Notes under the pieces: model-generated
Databases searched by the model: none
What the model saw: only the letters and a program-made list of their open reading frames with translations
Told to the model about the DNA's origin: nothing
Source: Ptychomitrium polyphyllum
Taxonomy: Eukaryota
Reading direction: 5' to 3'
DNA: 64,000 nt
Assembly (NCBI GenBank): GCA_973851085.1
Contig: OZ316775.1
Location: 14,322,001-14,386,000 of the forward strand
Program-made: the position numbers and the translations under genes
Shown: piece after piece, positions 26,277 through 39,684 of the stretch
Layout of the letters: the number at the start of each line of letters is the position of its first letter
Position numbering within the stretch: position 1 is the first letter of the stretch

Positions 26277-29200
26277 ATGGCAACACCGGAAATGTCAGTA
26301 GCAGAGAAAATGGCAATTCTAACAGGGAGAAAAAAAGTTGAAGAAAAACCACCTACGCCTCCACCTCGAGGTATGTATGTATACAACAAACTTAATTAGT
26401 AATGTGTTTGTGTACTACTTATAGTTTTAATTATTGATGATCGTTACACATAATATGTAGTTTTTACATCCTTGTGATACAGAAAGAACACTGTCAATAC
26501 TCGAAATACTTGAATAATTCTAATTGCATATACTAAGCTATTAAAAATCATTAATATTTTCTAATTTACATTACAAACACATGATCTTAAACAAGAACTG
26601 GTTGTGTCGTTGTAACAAACAGAAGTTTCTAAAAAATGTAACTTCATTTTCATTATTACAATGATTCACGCAGAGCCGCAAAAACATCCTCATGGAGTGG
26701 TGTCTTTATTCCTCACTGATGCTACATGTAAAAAATACAACATTGAAAAAAAGATAGACACAGAAAATAATGCTCATTTCAAAGCCAACACCAAAATGGT
26801 TAAAGAAGACATAAAAGTTTTGGGAGTTGACTCTGATTTTTATCCTGTAAAAGATATGTTGATGGTACATTCTACTTTTTATTAATGAAAACAACACACC
26901 TAGGCGTTGAAGTGAAGTCCAACGCTGTAGTAATTGAAGCCTTAAAATCCTCGCTGGATTTAAACTTGTCAAGTATTAACTTATGCCACAACTGAGAGTT
27001 TGCATTGTAAAGTATGTCATCCTCTGGTATGAGATTTTCTTTGGCTTTTAAAAATGATGTTATACTGCAGAACTATCATGAGGAATGTTTTCTCCTTCGT
27101 TACATCACAGATGATCGATATGTGAATAACCACAACTTTGAACTTGTTGTTCTACCAGAAGTCCAAGACGCCTACACAAAGGTTGGTAAATTTGTACTTC
27201 ACTGAGTACCTAAACAATGGATTTGCATTGAAGCAAATCTTTTGTGTACAAGTGAGAGTATTTACTTCAATGGACAAAATGGCAAAATGGACAAGTTAGA
27301 AGGAGTCTAATTAGTAAGAGTCAAATTTCTGAAATTCCTGCAGTGGACTCAAATTATTGTAGGAGTTGGAAGACAAGATTGCTGCTGAAGAAGCTGCAAA
27401 AGGACCCAGATTTTGGATCAATTTAGGTAGTGACATGGAGGTTGATGCTGAAACTGTAAAAAATTCACGCGATTTGGTACAATTTCTTCTTAAAAACACA
27501 CCATTTACTTTGAGATTGATCATTTGATTTGTGGTCTTGTTTACTATATGGCCATGTACAGCTGCAAAAAAATATAAAATTAGCTTGTGTTACTAACGAT
27601 TTGTTAAAAGCTTTGAGAAGGTAATTAATTTTCTCTTAGAAAACGTATCTCACAGGTTATAATACAAGCAACTAAGAAAAGAAAAGAATATTACCAAAAG
27701 GCTGTTTTTGCTGATAAAGATGCTTATGTAGCCATTGGCCTTTCCATAAACCTTTCATATTTTAGTAATATTTATGTAAACTTATAAATCTAAAAGAATT
27801 TGATTCAAATTATTTGAACCTCAAAATTTGTTATTGTCGAATCATTTATAGAAATGTAAATTGATTAAATTTCATAATACCATTTATACTTATAGATGGA
27901 ATTAACTTAATAGCATATTTTGCAACAAAATAAGTATATGGTAATTTTTTTTATATCCAATTGTAGATAGATTATTAATATCAATTTATCATCTTGTGTT
28001 TATATATAGTTTATAATTTATAATTTATATAATATATAGGAAACTTGGACTAGTGCAGCAATGGAATGTCGACCTTTTAAAGATCCTTCTTTTGACGACC
28101 AATTTATGATAGAGCAAGATACTGCATCACAAGCAATACCATTTATAAAAGATACTAGTATTCAAACTGTTCAGTTAAGATTGATTGTCATGTAATACTT
28201 TTCACAATTATATCTTCAATGCACCAAATAGGTACAGGCTTAATTATACACCTTATTATACGCATCATTAATTTTATACTTGTATTTTACACATCTAATT
28301 TTTTTTAATCATTATCATACAAATTATTGAAAAAAATGAAAAAAATGAAAAAAATCCATTACATCTTATTATGCTTTAACTGATCAGAAATGTGCATCGA
28401 AACAATCAAATACAATATCAACCCATTATAAAAGAAGCTCCAGAAATAAGAGAAGTTTTGAGTAGTAGTGAGATGGGTGATTTCCTTTCTAAGGCCAAAT
28501 ATAGGCAAGGATCAATTGATTTTGTACTTGTAAAATTGAAAGATATCTACTGAATTACATCGAATTGGAAATAAAAACACCCTTTTGAGCTCTCAGATTT
28601 TTTGTATGAACTAGGTACGTGGATGCATTACAACAAAATGAAGTTTTTGATTTATTTGAAGATGAATTTGCCCAATTTATTGATGAAGAATATCAACATG
28701 GGGATAGAGCAGTCACTTCCGTATCAGTAAATTTATATCAACTTTTACAATACACGTCATTGTTTCTTATTTTAAATTTTGGAAAATAACAATTATAAGA
28801 CATCTTTAAATTTCAATAATTATATACTTGTGATAAGTACATTCAGCATTCAAATCATTACATTTATAGAAGGCATATTCATCAATTTAGATATTATTTG
28901 AACAACATTTAAAGTGGGGTGTGAAAAGTGTGGGCCTTAAGGGTGAACTTTGTGATTATGTAGGAACATCAATCTTTTATGGATTTAAATTATGGAAAGA
29001 ATAAAATGGTGTCAGCTATTGATTGGATGCCTGGAAAGCGGGGCATTGTTGCAGTTGCTATTACTGCATCCCATTCATTTGAAGAGAGAATTCAAGTGGC
29101 TCACAGAGTAGCAAGTTCATATGTTTTGTTGTGGACTTTTGCAGATCCTGTTCATCCTTGGGTATTGAAATTTTCTCTTGTATGCTTTTCAAAAGTCAAT

Positions 29201-32200
29201 GTGTTCTTATGTGTAGTTTGCAAAGCTACATACTTTTTGCAAGAATACTTGAGCTTTAAATACAAACATGCATGTGTGCAGGCAATTCTAGAAAGTTCAT
29301 CTGATGTTTTTAGCCTTCGTTTTAATCCAGTAAAACCAACAATAATAGCCGGTGGTTGTTTCAATGGTCAAGTATGGCTTTTACTTTGACCTTCTAAATG
29401 CTGTTTATAGATTAATTATTTGTTACACTAAATATGTGATACTCCGTATGAGTGCAAACAACTACGCTGTATTTGAAAATAAATTCTGATATGTATGAAG
29501 ATGTTTGTCCTATTAAAAATATTATAAAGTTTGAACTTTAGTCTAAGGTGTAATAAATTTCTTATTTATATATTGTGCAGGTTATAGTTTGGGATATTAT
29601 AAAGGCTCAAGACTACCAAGATGCACGAGATAGAAAAGAGCCTGAAGAACCACCTAATTATTTGGCAAGAGAAAATAAAGGAGAGAAAAAAGTGGTGGAA
29701 CCTCCAATGGTTTTATTTTGCCTACTTAGTACTATGGCTACTTCTCATACATCTATTGTTTCAGATATACATTGGCTTCCAAAGGACTTTCATGTAATCT
29801 ATATTCTTATCTCAATATGCATTTGTTTGAAACATGTTTTGAAACATTACATAATTGAATTTTGATGAAGAAGTAGAATTAACATAAAAATAACTTTTCT
29901 ATAAAACAAAAACCGAATCATACAAGGTCTTTGTTTCTTAAAAGGTATTTGAAGATTGGCAAAACTCTTTTAAAATTATAATTTTGAAATTAAGATTGAA
30001 ATATTATTTAAATGAATTTTTTACATTTTAATTTTAAAATTATTTTTGTATGGTTATAATTACCTATACTATCACTAATTTTTTTTAATATGAATTTTGA
30101 AATTTAAATTTCAAAATTCATCTTATAATCAATTATAATCAATGTATTAAACAATGTGAGGTGAAACTTGTTGGGTAGATTTGAAATTCATCTTTATAAA
30201 TATAGTAGTTTAAGGAAAATATATCATATTTCTTAAATATATGATTTTGTTTGTCTATGGCCACTTTTGAGCTAAAATTGACAATGACTTGCTTTGATTG
30301 AAATTTAGTATATATCTATGTTCACAACTCTATTGAATTATGTATTTTAGTAATGCCAAATCCAATTGTTGGACAATATGTGAACATCATTATTTACTTA
30401 CAAAGAAACTTATACCAAAACTTATACTTTTAGTTGCAAGAAATTTTTAATTAAAAGGTCATATCAAAATCCCAATTGGGTTGAAAAGGTCTTTAGAGCT
30501 TAACTGTCCACCACCGTTGAAACATTAAATCACATTACTTAATATTTGACAGGATAAATAATAATTAAATAATATAAAGCAAAACAAACCTAGTTCAAAA
30601 ATAAAAAATATCAAACTTTGATTAAAAAAGAGATTTAGCCATTCACCTTCCCAGCTTCTATCTAAGTTAACAAGATTGCTATATGGAAAAAAAAACTAGA
30701 TAAAAATATAAAATCCTTACATTTCATTTCCAACACTTTATCGCTTGCTTACTAGCTTTGTTATCTGACTATCATTGTCTTACCTCTGCTCTGAAATGCT
30801 TAACAAAAAAAATCCAAAGAGTTGACATAACATTTTCATTGGTGTGCATTGGCAATTGGCACTTTAGATAAGTGCTGATGGAGTTGCAAACAACGGAGAG
30901 ACAAACCTCATTGCTTCTGTTTCAGCAGACGGAACGGTTTGTATGACAAAATAACTTGAAGAACTAATTTCATTCTATGATATGAACTTTTGTGTGTGTT
31001 CAGATTGTTCCACCACCAGAACTAAAAGCCTAAAACAACCATGGACAAAACTTTGAATGTAGATTATTTTTTGGGACATTACAACAGTGAAGGAACCGGA
31101 ACTGGATTCAAGCTGGTCCGAGGAGAGAAAGTGGGCAGCATTTCAAGAAGTAAAAGCTATGTGGACACCTCTGCATAGATTAGAATTGAAATCTGAAAGC
31201 CGGCAGGTGGGACCACTGAAAATGAGCCGTGGTTTTAAAGATTGTATCTACTTTTGTAGTACAGAGGTAAACGGATGTGGCGCATGGTTTTAACATTATA
31301 CTAAGCCATGGTTTAAAATCATAAGTCCCAGTACAATTTTTTATCTTCCTCCACCATACAGTTGTGGCTTCTTACAGTGTCCACAACCTTTTTATGAGCG
31401 GTTCTTAATTGTGGGTTTTTATGTAGTTTGGAGAAGTGGCAGAAGTAGACTTGAGTGTTTCTGATGGCGCCCCTAATGTTTTAAAAGTTACGGGAGCTCA
31501 CCAAGGATCCGTGAAGGCACTTTCTCGATCACCTTTTTTTGATGATGTATTGTTGTCTGTGGGCATATGGACGTTTGCATTGTGGAGGAATGGCATACAG
31601 GTATGCATCATGTTTAATAGTTTCAGTATAATAGTTTCTAAACTAGTATTATGCAAGTGTATAGGTTCACACGGTTCTTGTTTATAAAACAACAGACGGC
31701 TTGGAAGTCTTCAGATTAAATACTTTTAAGTCACTTTATTAGAAGAGCAAGGTAAGCAGGTCTTTAAAAACACATTAAAATGCTTTGATGTTTTTTTCTT
31801 GGATTGTCTCACTAATGAAAGGGATGTTCTTTGCATATTCGCTGTCCCATTCAGTTTCATGTGTACTAAATATGTTGGAGGCTCAGTTTCACTACTTTAG
31901 TACATTCTTTCTTGGAATCATTGGTTGCAGAAACCAATTTATGTTTCAAGATCTTCCGATAGTTATCTCACAACTGGATGTTGGAGCCCTTCTCGTCCTG
32001 CAGTGATATACATAGGACTTATAGATGGAAGTGTTGAAATATGGGATTTACTTGAAGCTACTCACCAACCTTCTATGATAGTACATGCTAGTTCAAGTCA
32101 AGTGACAGCAATGGAATTTTGGAAATTAGAAAGTACATACCACACAGCCAAAGTTGCTTCTGATGTGACATATTTTACTTTGGATTGTAATTAGTGGTCT

Positions 32201-33267
32201 TTGTTATTCTCCATGAATTGTTTGTATGTAATGACGTCTTCCGTAAGTTTAGCAAGTTTCATGGTTGTATGCAATATATGTTTATGAATTTACGTAGGTT
32301 TTTTTACAATTGCTTTAACAATATGAATGTGTAACAGCCCCCCAATTTCTTGCTATTGGAGATATACAAGGTATTGTGCATGTTATGGAAATTCCTCGTA
32401 GTCTTCGCCGAGCTACTTATAAGGAGGTCCGTTTTTTAATTTATGTGATTATTTTGAGTGAATAAACTTGATAGAAATAAATCACTTATTAGGTTAAAAA
32501 TGGAGAAACAATCTCATGTTTGCTAAATATTCAATATTTTTGAATGTATTTTCTTTAAATTAAAGTTAGATTTTACACATGATGTTATAGAAACCAGCCT
32601 TCAAAAATTTTATGGCAAGACAACAAGCTTGGATTATTGATGTTGAAATAAGGGCTGAAGGTCGTGCAACAGAGATTGCCAAACGAAGTGCCATTCTAGC
32701 AGCAGAGAAGGTGATTTGATTCTTCATAAAATGAAATACATACATAAAAGAAAGGGCTTTGTATAAAAACTGTACAATATACAAGCTCAAACAGTATAAC
32801 ACAGCTTCCACTTAATTGTGTTAATAAGAAGGACACCAAAAATCAAACTGCAAGTACTTTTCAAAAATGATGTATATTTACTCATTGCACATGAATTGAT
32901 TATTATTGTAAGACTGTTCTTTGTATTTGTAAAGTAATCATATGATAATTGTAAAACCAAAGAAGTATGTGATTTTTATTAAATCTTTAAGACTATTCTT
33001 TTTGGAAATCAAGTAAATGTAAAACCCCTTTATAAAATTTGCACATCTGTAAAAGTCTTAATTACATTTTACAAAATTGATACATGTATTTGTTGGTAGG
33101 AAAGAGAAGAGCAATTTTATAAAACTTGTACCTGGGATGAGGAAACAGAAGAAAACTATTTGAAATATGAAGAGGAATATAGGCAAAAATTTAAAGATGG
33201 TAGGCCCAATTTGTCATCAACTGAGTCAACTCCTCCAGATTCTCCAAAGCTGGATTTGCCAGCATAA
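26277..33267 (+). CDS. WDR63: WD-repeat axonemal dynein intermediate chain, WDR63/DNAI3 (inner arm I1/f IC140-like), 18 exons, about 823 aa
   Basis: Exons: 26277-26370, 26674-26864, 27071-27181, 27363-27476, 27656-27727, 28040-28173, 28388-28504, 28615-28726, 28964-29161, 29282-29371, 29581-29793, 30868-30936, 31063-31266, 31427-31600, 31931-32132, 32338-32426, 32591-32710, 33100-33267. These total 2472 nt with all phases consistent and no internal stop. Motifs collinear with remembered WDR63 include SDFYPVK, WINLGSDMEV, ALQQNEV, EHQSFMDL, LLWTFADPVHP, IIAGGCFNGQVIVWDI, LSRSPFFDDVLLSVG, WSPSRPAVIYIG..DGSVEIWDLL and LAIGDIQGIVHVMEIP. Confidence 0.9.
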
Positions 33268-33770
33268 GGTGAATTTTGTATTATTTGTAATGTGAATCAC
33301 TCAATCATTAATAAAGTAGGTTTAAATGAGAACTGAAAAGTACAATTTAATTGTTCATTGGATTTCTGAAATGTTTATTGTATTTATGAAAGACTATTAA
33401 CTTTCAATGTTACAACAATATTATATACTTATACCAGATTTATTAAAATTTAAGTTAAAATGGTTTTAATAATATTTTAATTGAACTAAATCAATTTCAT
33501 CAATGTTAACATCATGAAATTTAAGATTTATCTATTTAAATAATTAATTAAAAGTCATAGAAGAATGATGAGCTTTCATTTTTGTTTTTGTATTTATATC
33601 AAAACATTCTTGGAGGTATCATAATAAATATAATTAGCCACATTAATTGATATAGATTATTAAATCTTGAAAAATCTAACTTTGTTTTTTTATATGGAAA
33701 TTTGTAAAATAAAATGAAAAAATTATTTGTTTTTATTGGAAGTGATAGCATGATTAAATTGGTTACATAC

Positions 33771-33813
33771 TAAAAATAAAAAATAAAAAATAAAATAAAA
33801 ATAAAAATAAAAA
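33771..33813. repeat. (TAAAAA)n simple repeat
   Basis: taaaaataaaaaataaaaaataaaataaaaataaaaataaaaa. Confidence 0.85.
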
Positions 33814-35889
33814 TATATAGTTATGCCTAGAAAAATATTCAATAAATAAATGGTTTAATTTTGAAAGGATGGAGCTTATGACTATGCAATTAAGCTTTAC
33901 ATTTTATACTCAACTTAGTTATAAGGTCATAAACATCATAAATGAGATGACATTCCAACTTTATATTTTTATTAAATGAAGGCATATTTTTGATAAAAGA
34001 AAAAATCTATTTATAATTTTTAGAAGTTCTTACACATTAATATTATTTTTAATGTAATATTAACATAAAATTGATAAATAAATATGGACTATTCAAATGC
34101 AATGATAGAAATTTCTAAAAGCTATTCACAAAAAAATATGTTATTTAGTCATTTAATAACTAAATAAAACTTCTATTCTCTTTTGTAGAAACAAAAATTG
34201 TCATGTTTAATAATCCAAGACATCTTTAAAGGATTTCAATGCAAATAGAATTTGACCAAGTTCAAACAAGTCCTAAATTAGCCAAATGAAAAAAACACCA
34301 GCAATTTTTGTATATTAAAAACAAAAGAGTAGAAAAGAAAGAAAAAAAAAATACTAGCAAATAAAATTGCATCAAGATCAAAGTTTAAATTGATAATGCA
34401 AACATTAAGAAGTAAGTTCATTATAAGAATCTCTATAATTGGTAGAAATGTATAAATTATGAGGTTTGAGGCTTTTTATTTGTTATATAGGCTGGTGTTG
34501 AAGAATTGTGGAGGCTCTTAGCTGTAGAATGTGCACACCTATTGCACACAATAATTTCATCAGTCCAAGTCTACACCGTAAACTTACAAAATTTGTTCAA
34601 AAAACCTAAAAATCACTAAAAAAATTTGATATTTCTTAATTGTTTTACATCTTGAATAACTTTAGTTCACCTCAAATTGGTAGATGATGGTATTATTTCT
34701 GTAAGCTAAACCCAGTGGCCACAGTATTCCTGCAACAAAATCAGCACGATACAAGTACGAAGAAGAAACACCCTATAAGTAACATATTAGTCATGCATAT
34801 GTGACTATTTGAATAGTTGCAAAAAAATGTTTAAAATTTTAAAGAACTTGAAAAACTTAAACGTGTTATTGAATTAGAGTAACCATTTCAAATGAAACTG
34901 GTGCATCCAAGTTTTCAGTTGTATCTTCTAGCACGTTTGCTTTCAGGTTATCAAATCACTGGTCATAATATGCTTCGACACAAATTCAGTGAATTCGAAA
35001 TCATTGAAATCAATGACAGCAATGAAACTATGAAACGTTGAAGACAGGGAAACTCAAAGGTAATGACTGCCATGACTGTCATGGTGTGCAGAGCAAGCAC
35101 CTAAAGCTGCTGGAAGAAGACATGTTCCTCTCCCTCAGTGCATCCTCTTCAAGATGCACAGAACTCATGAGTGTACAATGTTGTCACTTACATTCCAAGT
35201 ATGGAGTTCAAATATGCAATGTGTCTGCTTTTGAAGCCTTGCATCAGTCTAGGCTTAAGCTGAAGTAGTATAACAACCAAGTTGATAAATCACTAGACCA
35301 ATTTTTCGCTATATTCAAGTTCTCTTGCAGGTTTGGTCATAGTTTGAAGTGACGGTCAGCTGTATGAACTTCCCTGCACAGAGCAGTGTGAGGTGTGACG
35401 TAAGCAATTTGTCATCTTCCTTGAAAGGTATGCGAAGTAGCATAAACATTCAAGTCGACATACATATTGAGGCGCACTTAAGCCAGCAAATCCAAACACC
35501 ACTCTGTTCAGCTTCTATTGTACATACTCATCAGCTGCATATTGTATCTGGCATTTCATAACCGAAGTTCAAACAAGGTCCAGAACCAACTTGTTCCACA
35601 TTGGCCTCCTGACGTGTTGAAAGTGTCAACAAACCTTAATTATGCAAGCACTTGTGATTACATATAACTTGCAGTAAACCTATCATAAAGTATGACATCT
35701 ATATGTGGAAAGTTATAGTTCTAGAGAACAATTATAACTTAATGGAGCCTAGATAGTCTCAACTGTTTCACAATGGAATCAGCTTCTCTTTTGCCAAATT
35801 ATTACGTAACCAATAATGAAGCTATTAAGATTCATGAGTACAATAACACAATTCAAACAACGTTTTGAACGATGAACCTTTAGTCTTCA

Positions 35890-36425
35890 TGCGTTAGAGC
35901 CCTGCAAGAGAAGGCCTTTTGATGTATCTGAGCTCTGCAGATAGCGAAGAAATCAGGATGCGGCCGAGAATTCCCATCTCAACACTCCAGGATCATCGCC
36001 ACTAACCTTGCAGGGATGTCCTCCGGAAGCTTCGGCCGATTCCCACGTTTCAGATAATTAAGAAAATCCTCCATTTTTAAGCTCTGCCGCAAGATATCAT
36101 GGAAGGGCGTTTTTACGGTTAGAATTTCAGAGCACAGCATTTCAAAGCTATACACATCGGTTTTCATGAGATGAAAGCGAGTGTCAAGATCCAGCGGTTC
36201 GCTATCTTTCAGCTTAAACCTCCGAAGCCATCCATGCTCTCAACCTTGGGTTGAGTAACTGGTTCCCCAATCTCGTGCTCACATTCATCTTCGTTAGACC
36301 AAAGTCGGCAACCTTTGCAATACAAGGTCGCTCGGTTGTAGGGTCTGCATATTGCAATAGAATGTTGTGCGATTTTAGGCCACGGTGAGCCAACCCTTTG
36401 CTGTGGATGTACCTCACGACCTCAA
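35890..36425 (-). pseudogene. Disrupted TKL/Raf-like protein kinase, subdomains VI-XI only
   Basis: VRYIHSKGLAHRGLKSHNILL..KVADFGLTK..WMASEV shows HRD>HRG and APE>ASE. A frameshift at ~36215 leads into KTDVYSFEMLCSEILTVKTPF..RPKLP..EC*DG, where the expected Trp codon is TGA (35981-35979). No glycine-rich loop or VAVK N-lobe is recognisable upstream. Confidence 0.85.
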
Positions 36426-39400
36426 CGGGTTGAAAATTTGAAAATGGCAGGCGGTGTGTGCGAGGGGCTGGACACCTGATTTCACATTCAAAATACTTGT
36501 GGACACATTTTCTATTAGCAGTTCGTAAGTAATTGATTTGGTGATAAGTCTGCGAGCTAGGTGCAAAGTGGTGAAGACATTTTGGGAACCTATCAAGAGA
36601 TACAATGCTTATGAAACATTCCACCGACAAGTGATTGTAAACTCTCTAAAATTGTGCTCTGAAGCTAAAATTCAGTAGAATGTCTTGCCCGAAGAATACC
36701 TAACAAGGGAACAGAACACACAAGGACTTCCAATACTAGAGTCCTGCAAAATTCCTTGGGTTACAAGCTTCGACCAAGCTGAGGACCTAAAAGTAAAGAT
36801 GTGAGCCGACGAAATGAACAAACTACCGTGAGAAACGAAAGATGATGTAGGTCGTTAAGCCTCTGAAAGTGGTCCATGTGAGACTTTTCAGAGTATCAAC
36901 GCAAACGTTCTCTTAGATCTGCTTGCAGCACACACACCCCAGCTCAACTTAAAACCTCAACTAATCTTATCATGCATCCAGCGAGTGCTCTGCTCAACTG
37001 CCACCCCATCTTTCCAAATAACGAAAAGCTCCCCTAGTTGGAGTAAGGCTGCATGATGAGTCTCGTTTGAGTCGCAGTAATGTACATAAACTGTTCTGTC
37101 CTGTTCTGAGGTTTTCACGAGTCCGTAACATGGAAATTGCAACTTAACTTACACTAACTGCTAAATTACTAATATCCCTTTCCAAGCCTAGTAGCATTCT
37201 GGCTGTAAGGCTGCAGCTTAAGAAGAGTACCAGATGGTTAAGGATGCATCTCTATAGAAGCCCCCAATTTGCGGCAATAACTTACCGCTTGTCAGCAAGG
37301 TACTAGCTAGCGAACGCGACGAGGGACGCTACCCACCAGCCTCGACAGGCTTACAACATCGTCATCTTGTCCAATCCACAAGATACCCGCCTGAGTATCA
37401 CTTGTGTATCGAACACGTGTCGGATGAGTATCATTCGAGTATGATACAGTTGTCTCTTGAGTATCACCTAGATCTCAAGAGTAAAGTGGACATAGAAAAC
37501 TCCTTCATACCCAGGCGCGTGACTAGTAGGTAAAGGCTGAATTTTGTGGTTACGAGTGAACGCAGCAGTCTGCAAGAGAAATCAACCTGGTATCAGCAAG
37601 TTGCGTAGATCGGGAAACTCGAATTGCCCAGATTATATCCTCTGAAAGCGACTGCTCAAGAATTGGCCTATTGTGCGTTTGAATAGGTGACCTTTTCGCC
37701 AATGGCGTCACAGGATTTCCTGGAAGAGATTGCTAGCATTCAATAGTACTCAGGTAAATTGAGATCTACTGCACAATGAGCGACTTATGCTTCAAGTTGG
37801 AATTGGGACATTTCTTTATGAATAAACGAATTTGATTCTTGAATGAAGCGTTTTGCTGATATAAACCATCCTACACATGAAATTGAATTAAGAATTTTTG
37901 TGAGAAGGATTTTTTCCAGCTCCGATATCGCATACAGCGTACTTCATTTCTGTGATGTACGTTGTTCCTAGACTTCCAGCTACTCTGATTCTGGAAGACA
38001 AATTTACCCGACGCGTCAGTATATGTTTCATTCTTGTTTGCTTCTATCAACACAGTACCACTGCCTATTCACAATTCTGGAGTCCGATCACTTGCAAGCA
38101 ACTCTTGAAGTCCTTTAAACTAACTTCGTTGAATAACATTTCAGCACCGCTACAATCTCGTATATGTGGGGCAGCTAGAACTAGATGGTATTCTGGACTT
38201 ATGCTAGCTATCAAGGACCTGTTTCCGAGTTTCGTCAGTTAAATAATACTGTATATAATTTCTTGCGCTAAAAAAGGAACAATAACTCTATTGTTTCTAT
38301 TGTTATTCGATGTCCAATGTAGCGAAAGGTTACTTACTGTTTTAGCTCGAGGGCCGATTGGAGGCTCGTGATTTGATCGTTTTCACCCAATACTATCAAA
38401 CTCTTATATCCTGAAGATGCAACAAGTTACATTAGCAGGAAAAATCATGAAATAGTATGCAAACGTTACATATGACTGCTGTGCATATTTAGAACGAGAT
38501 TTACCAACTACGTCACTGAATCAGAACTTATCACAGCAACCGAATAACAAGAGAAATGAAGCTCTGCAGATAAGTGTACTCTGACAGTTCACCCATCATG
38601 AACTCTAGAGCAAAGAAAATGTTGTATCACATACCTGCATCAACTGTGGCAAAGGAAGTGTTCCTCGTGCACCAGAGACCATGTTCTTTAGCAACTCAAC
38701 CTTCTCATGGCGTGTTCATTGAAGAATACCTACCAATACCAACAGAGCTCAACGTCAGTAAAACTCATCAGTCTCTCTATGTACCAGAACTAAGAAAATG
38801 AACAAATCAATCAAACCATAGAATTATAGACAATTTATCCTCATCTTCACCACATCTTTGAGTGCAAACTTCAGTAGCCTGTAACTTCTCTTGTAAATAG
38901 CCACAGATGCCAAGTTCGCAATCCTTGCGTTGTCGTAGGCAACATCAACTCAGAAATGTAGTCACAACCAAACTCAGCGAGCAGTGGTTAACAGCAACTT
39001 AAGGCTATAGGTTTTAATGATATAGAGGAAATATGACTTGAATTTTTTTCGTTATCAAAATTCCCTTAATTCTGTAGCAGAAAAACCATAATTAGCACAA
39101 AATTATTTCACTACTTGACTGTAGTATGCAATCCAAGCAAGTTGACAACATCCCATGATCTTTGGGAAGAATCTGGTAACAAACAACTTACCTGATAATA
39201 TACTAGGGAACGAAAGCTCACGTGCAACATTGGCCTCTCTTGAAGAAGCTGACTTATGAAGGGACTTCTCAAATTCCTCACCACAGAATGGCATCATCGG
39301 CCCAAAAGAGGTCTGTGACTAAACACAGTATACAGGTTTTTGACTGTAAGAAGATTGTTGTTGACAAAAGATGCATGCCAATCACGGCCAATAACTTAGC

Positions 39401-39684
39401 AAAAATTCATCCAGGGTGATTAAACATACAGATGATAATTAAAATTGGGTAGCTCAAGCCGCAAATCAGCAATTATTTTAAACGCTACTGAGGTTGAAAA
39501 AATTAAACGGGTGTCTCTAGTTACTGGCACTGCAACCGCCAACCTCGACTACCCCGTAAATAATTCAGAAGACTATAGTTGTAGCCTATAAGCATTATCA
39601 TTTATCGCTCTTTTCCAGGACTTCGAATCACAAGTGAGATGTTTTCAGTTGCTACTGTACACCATGTACCCTGCCAACGCCACA

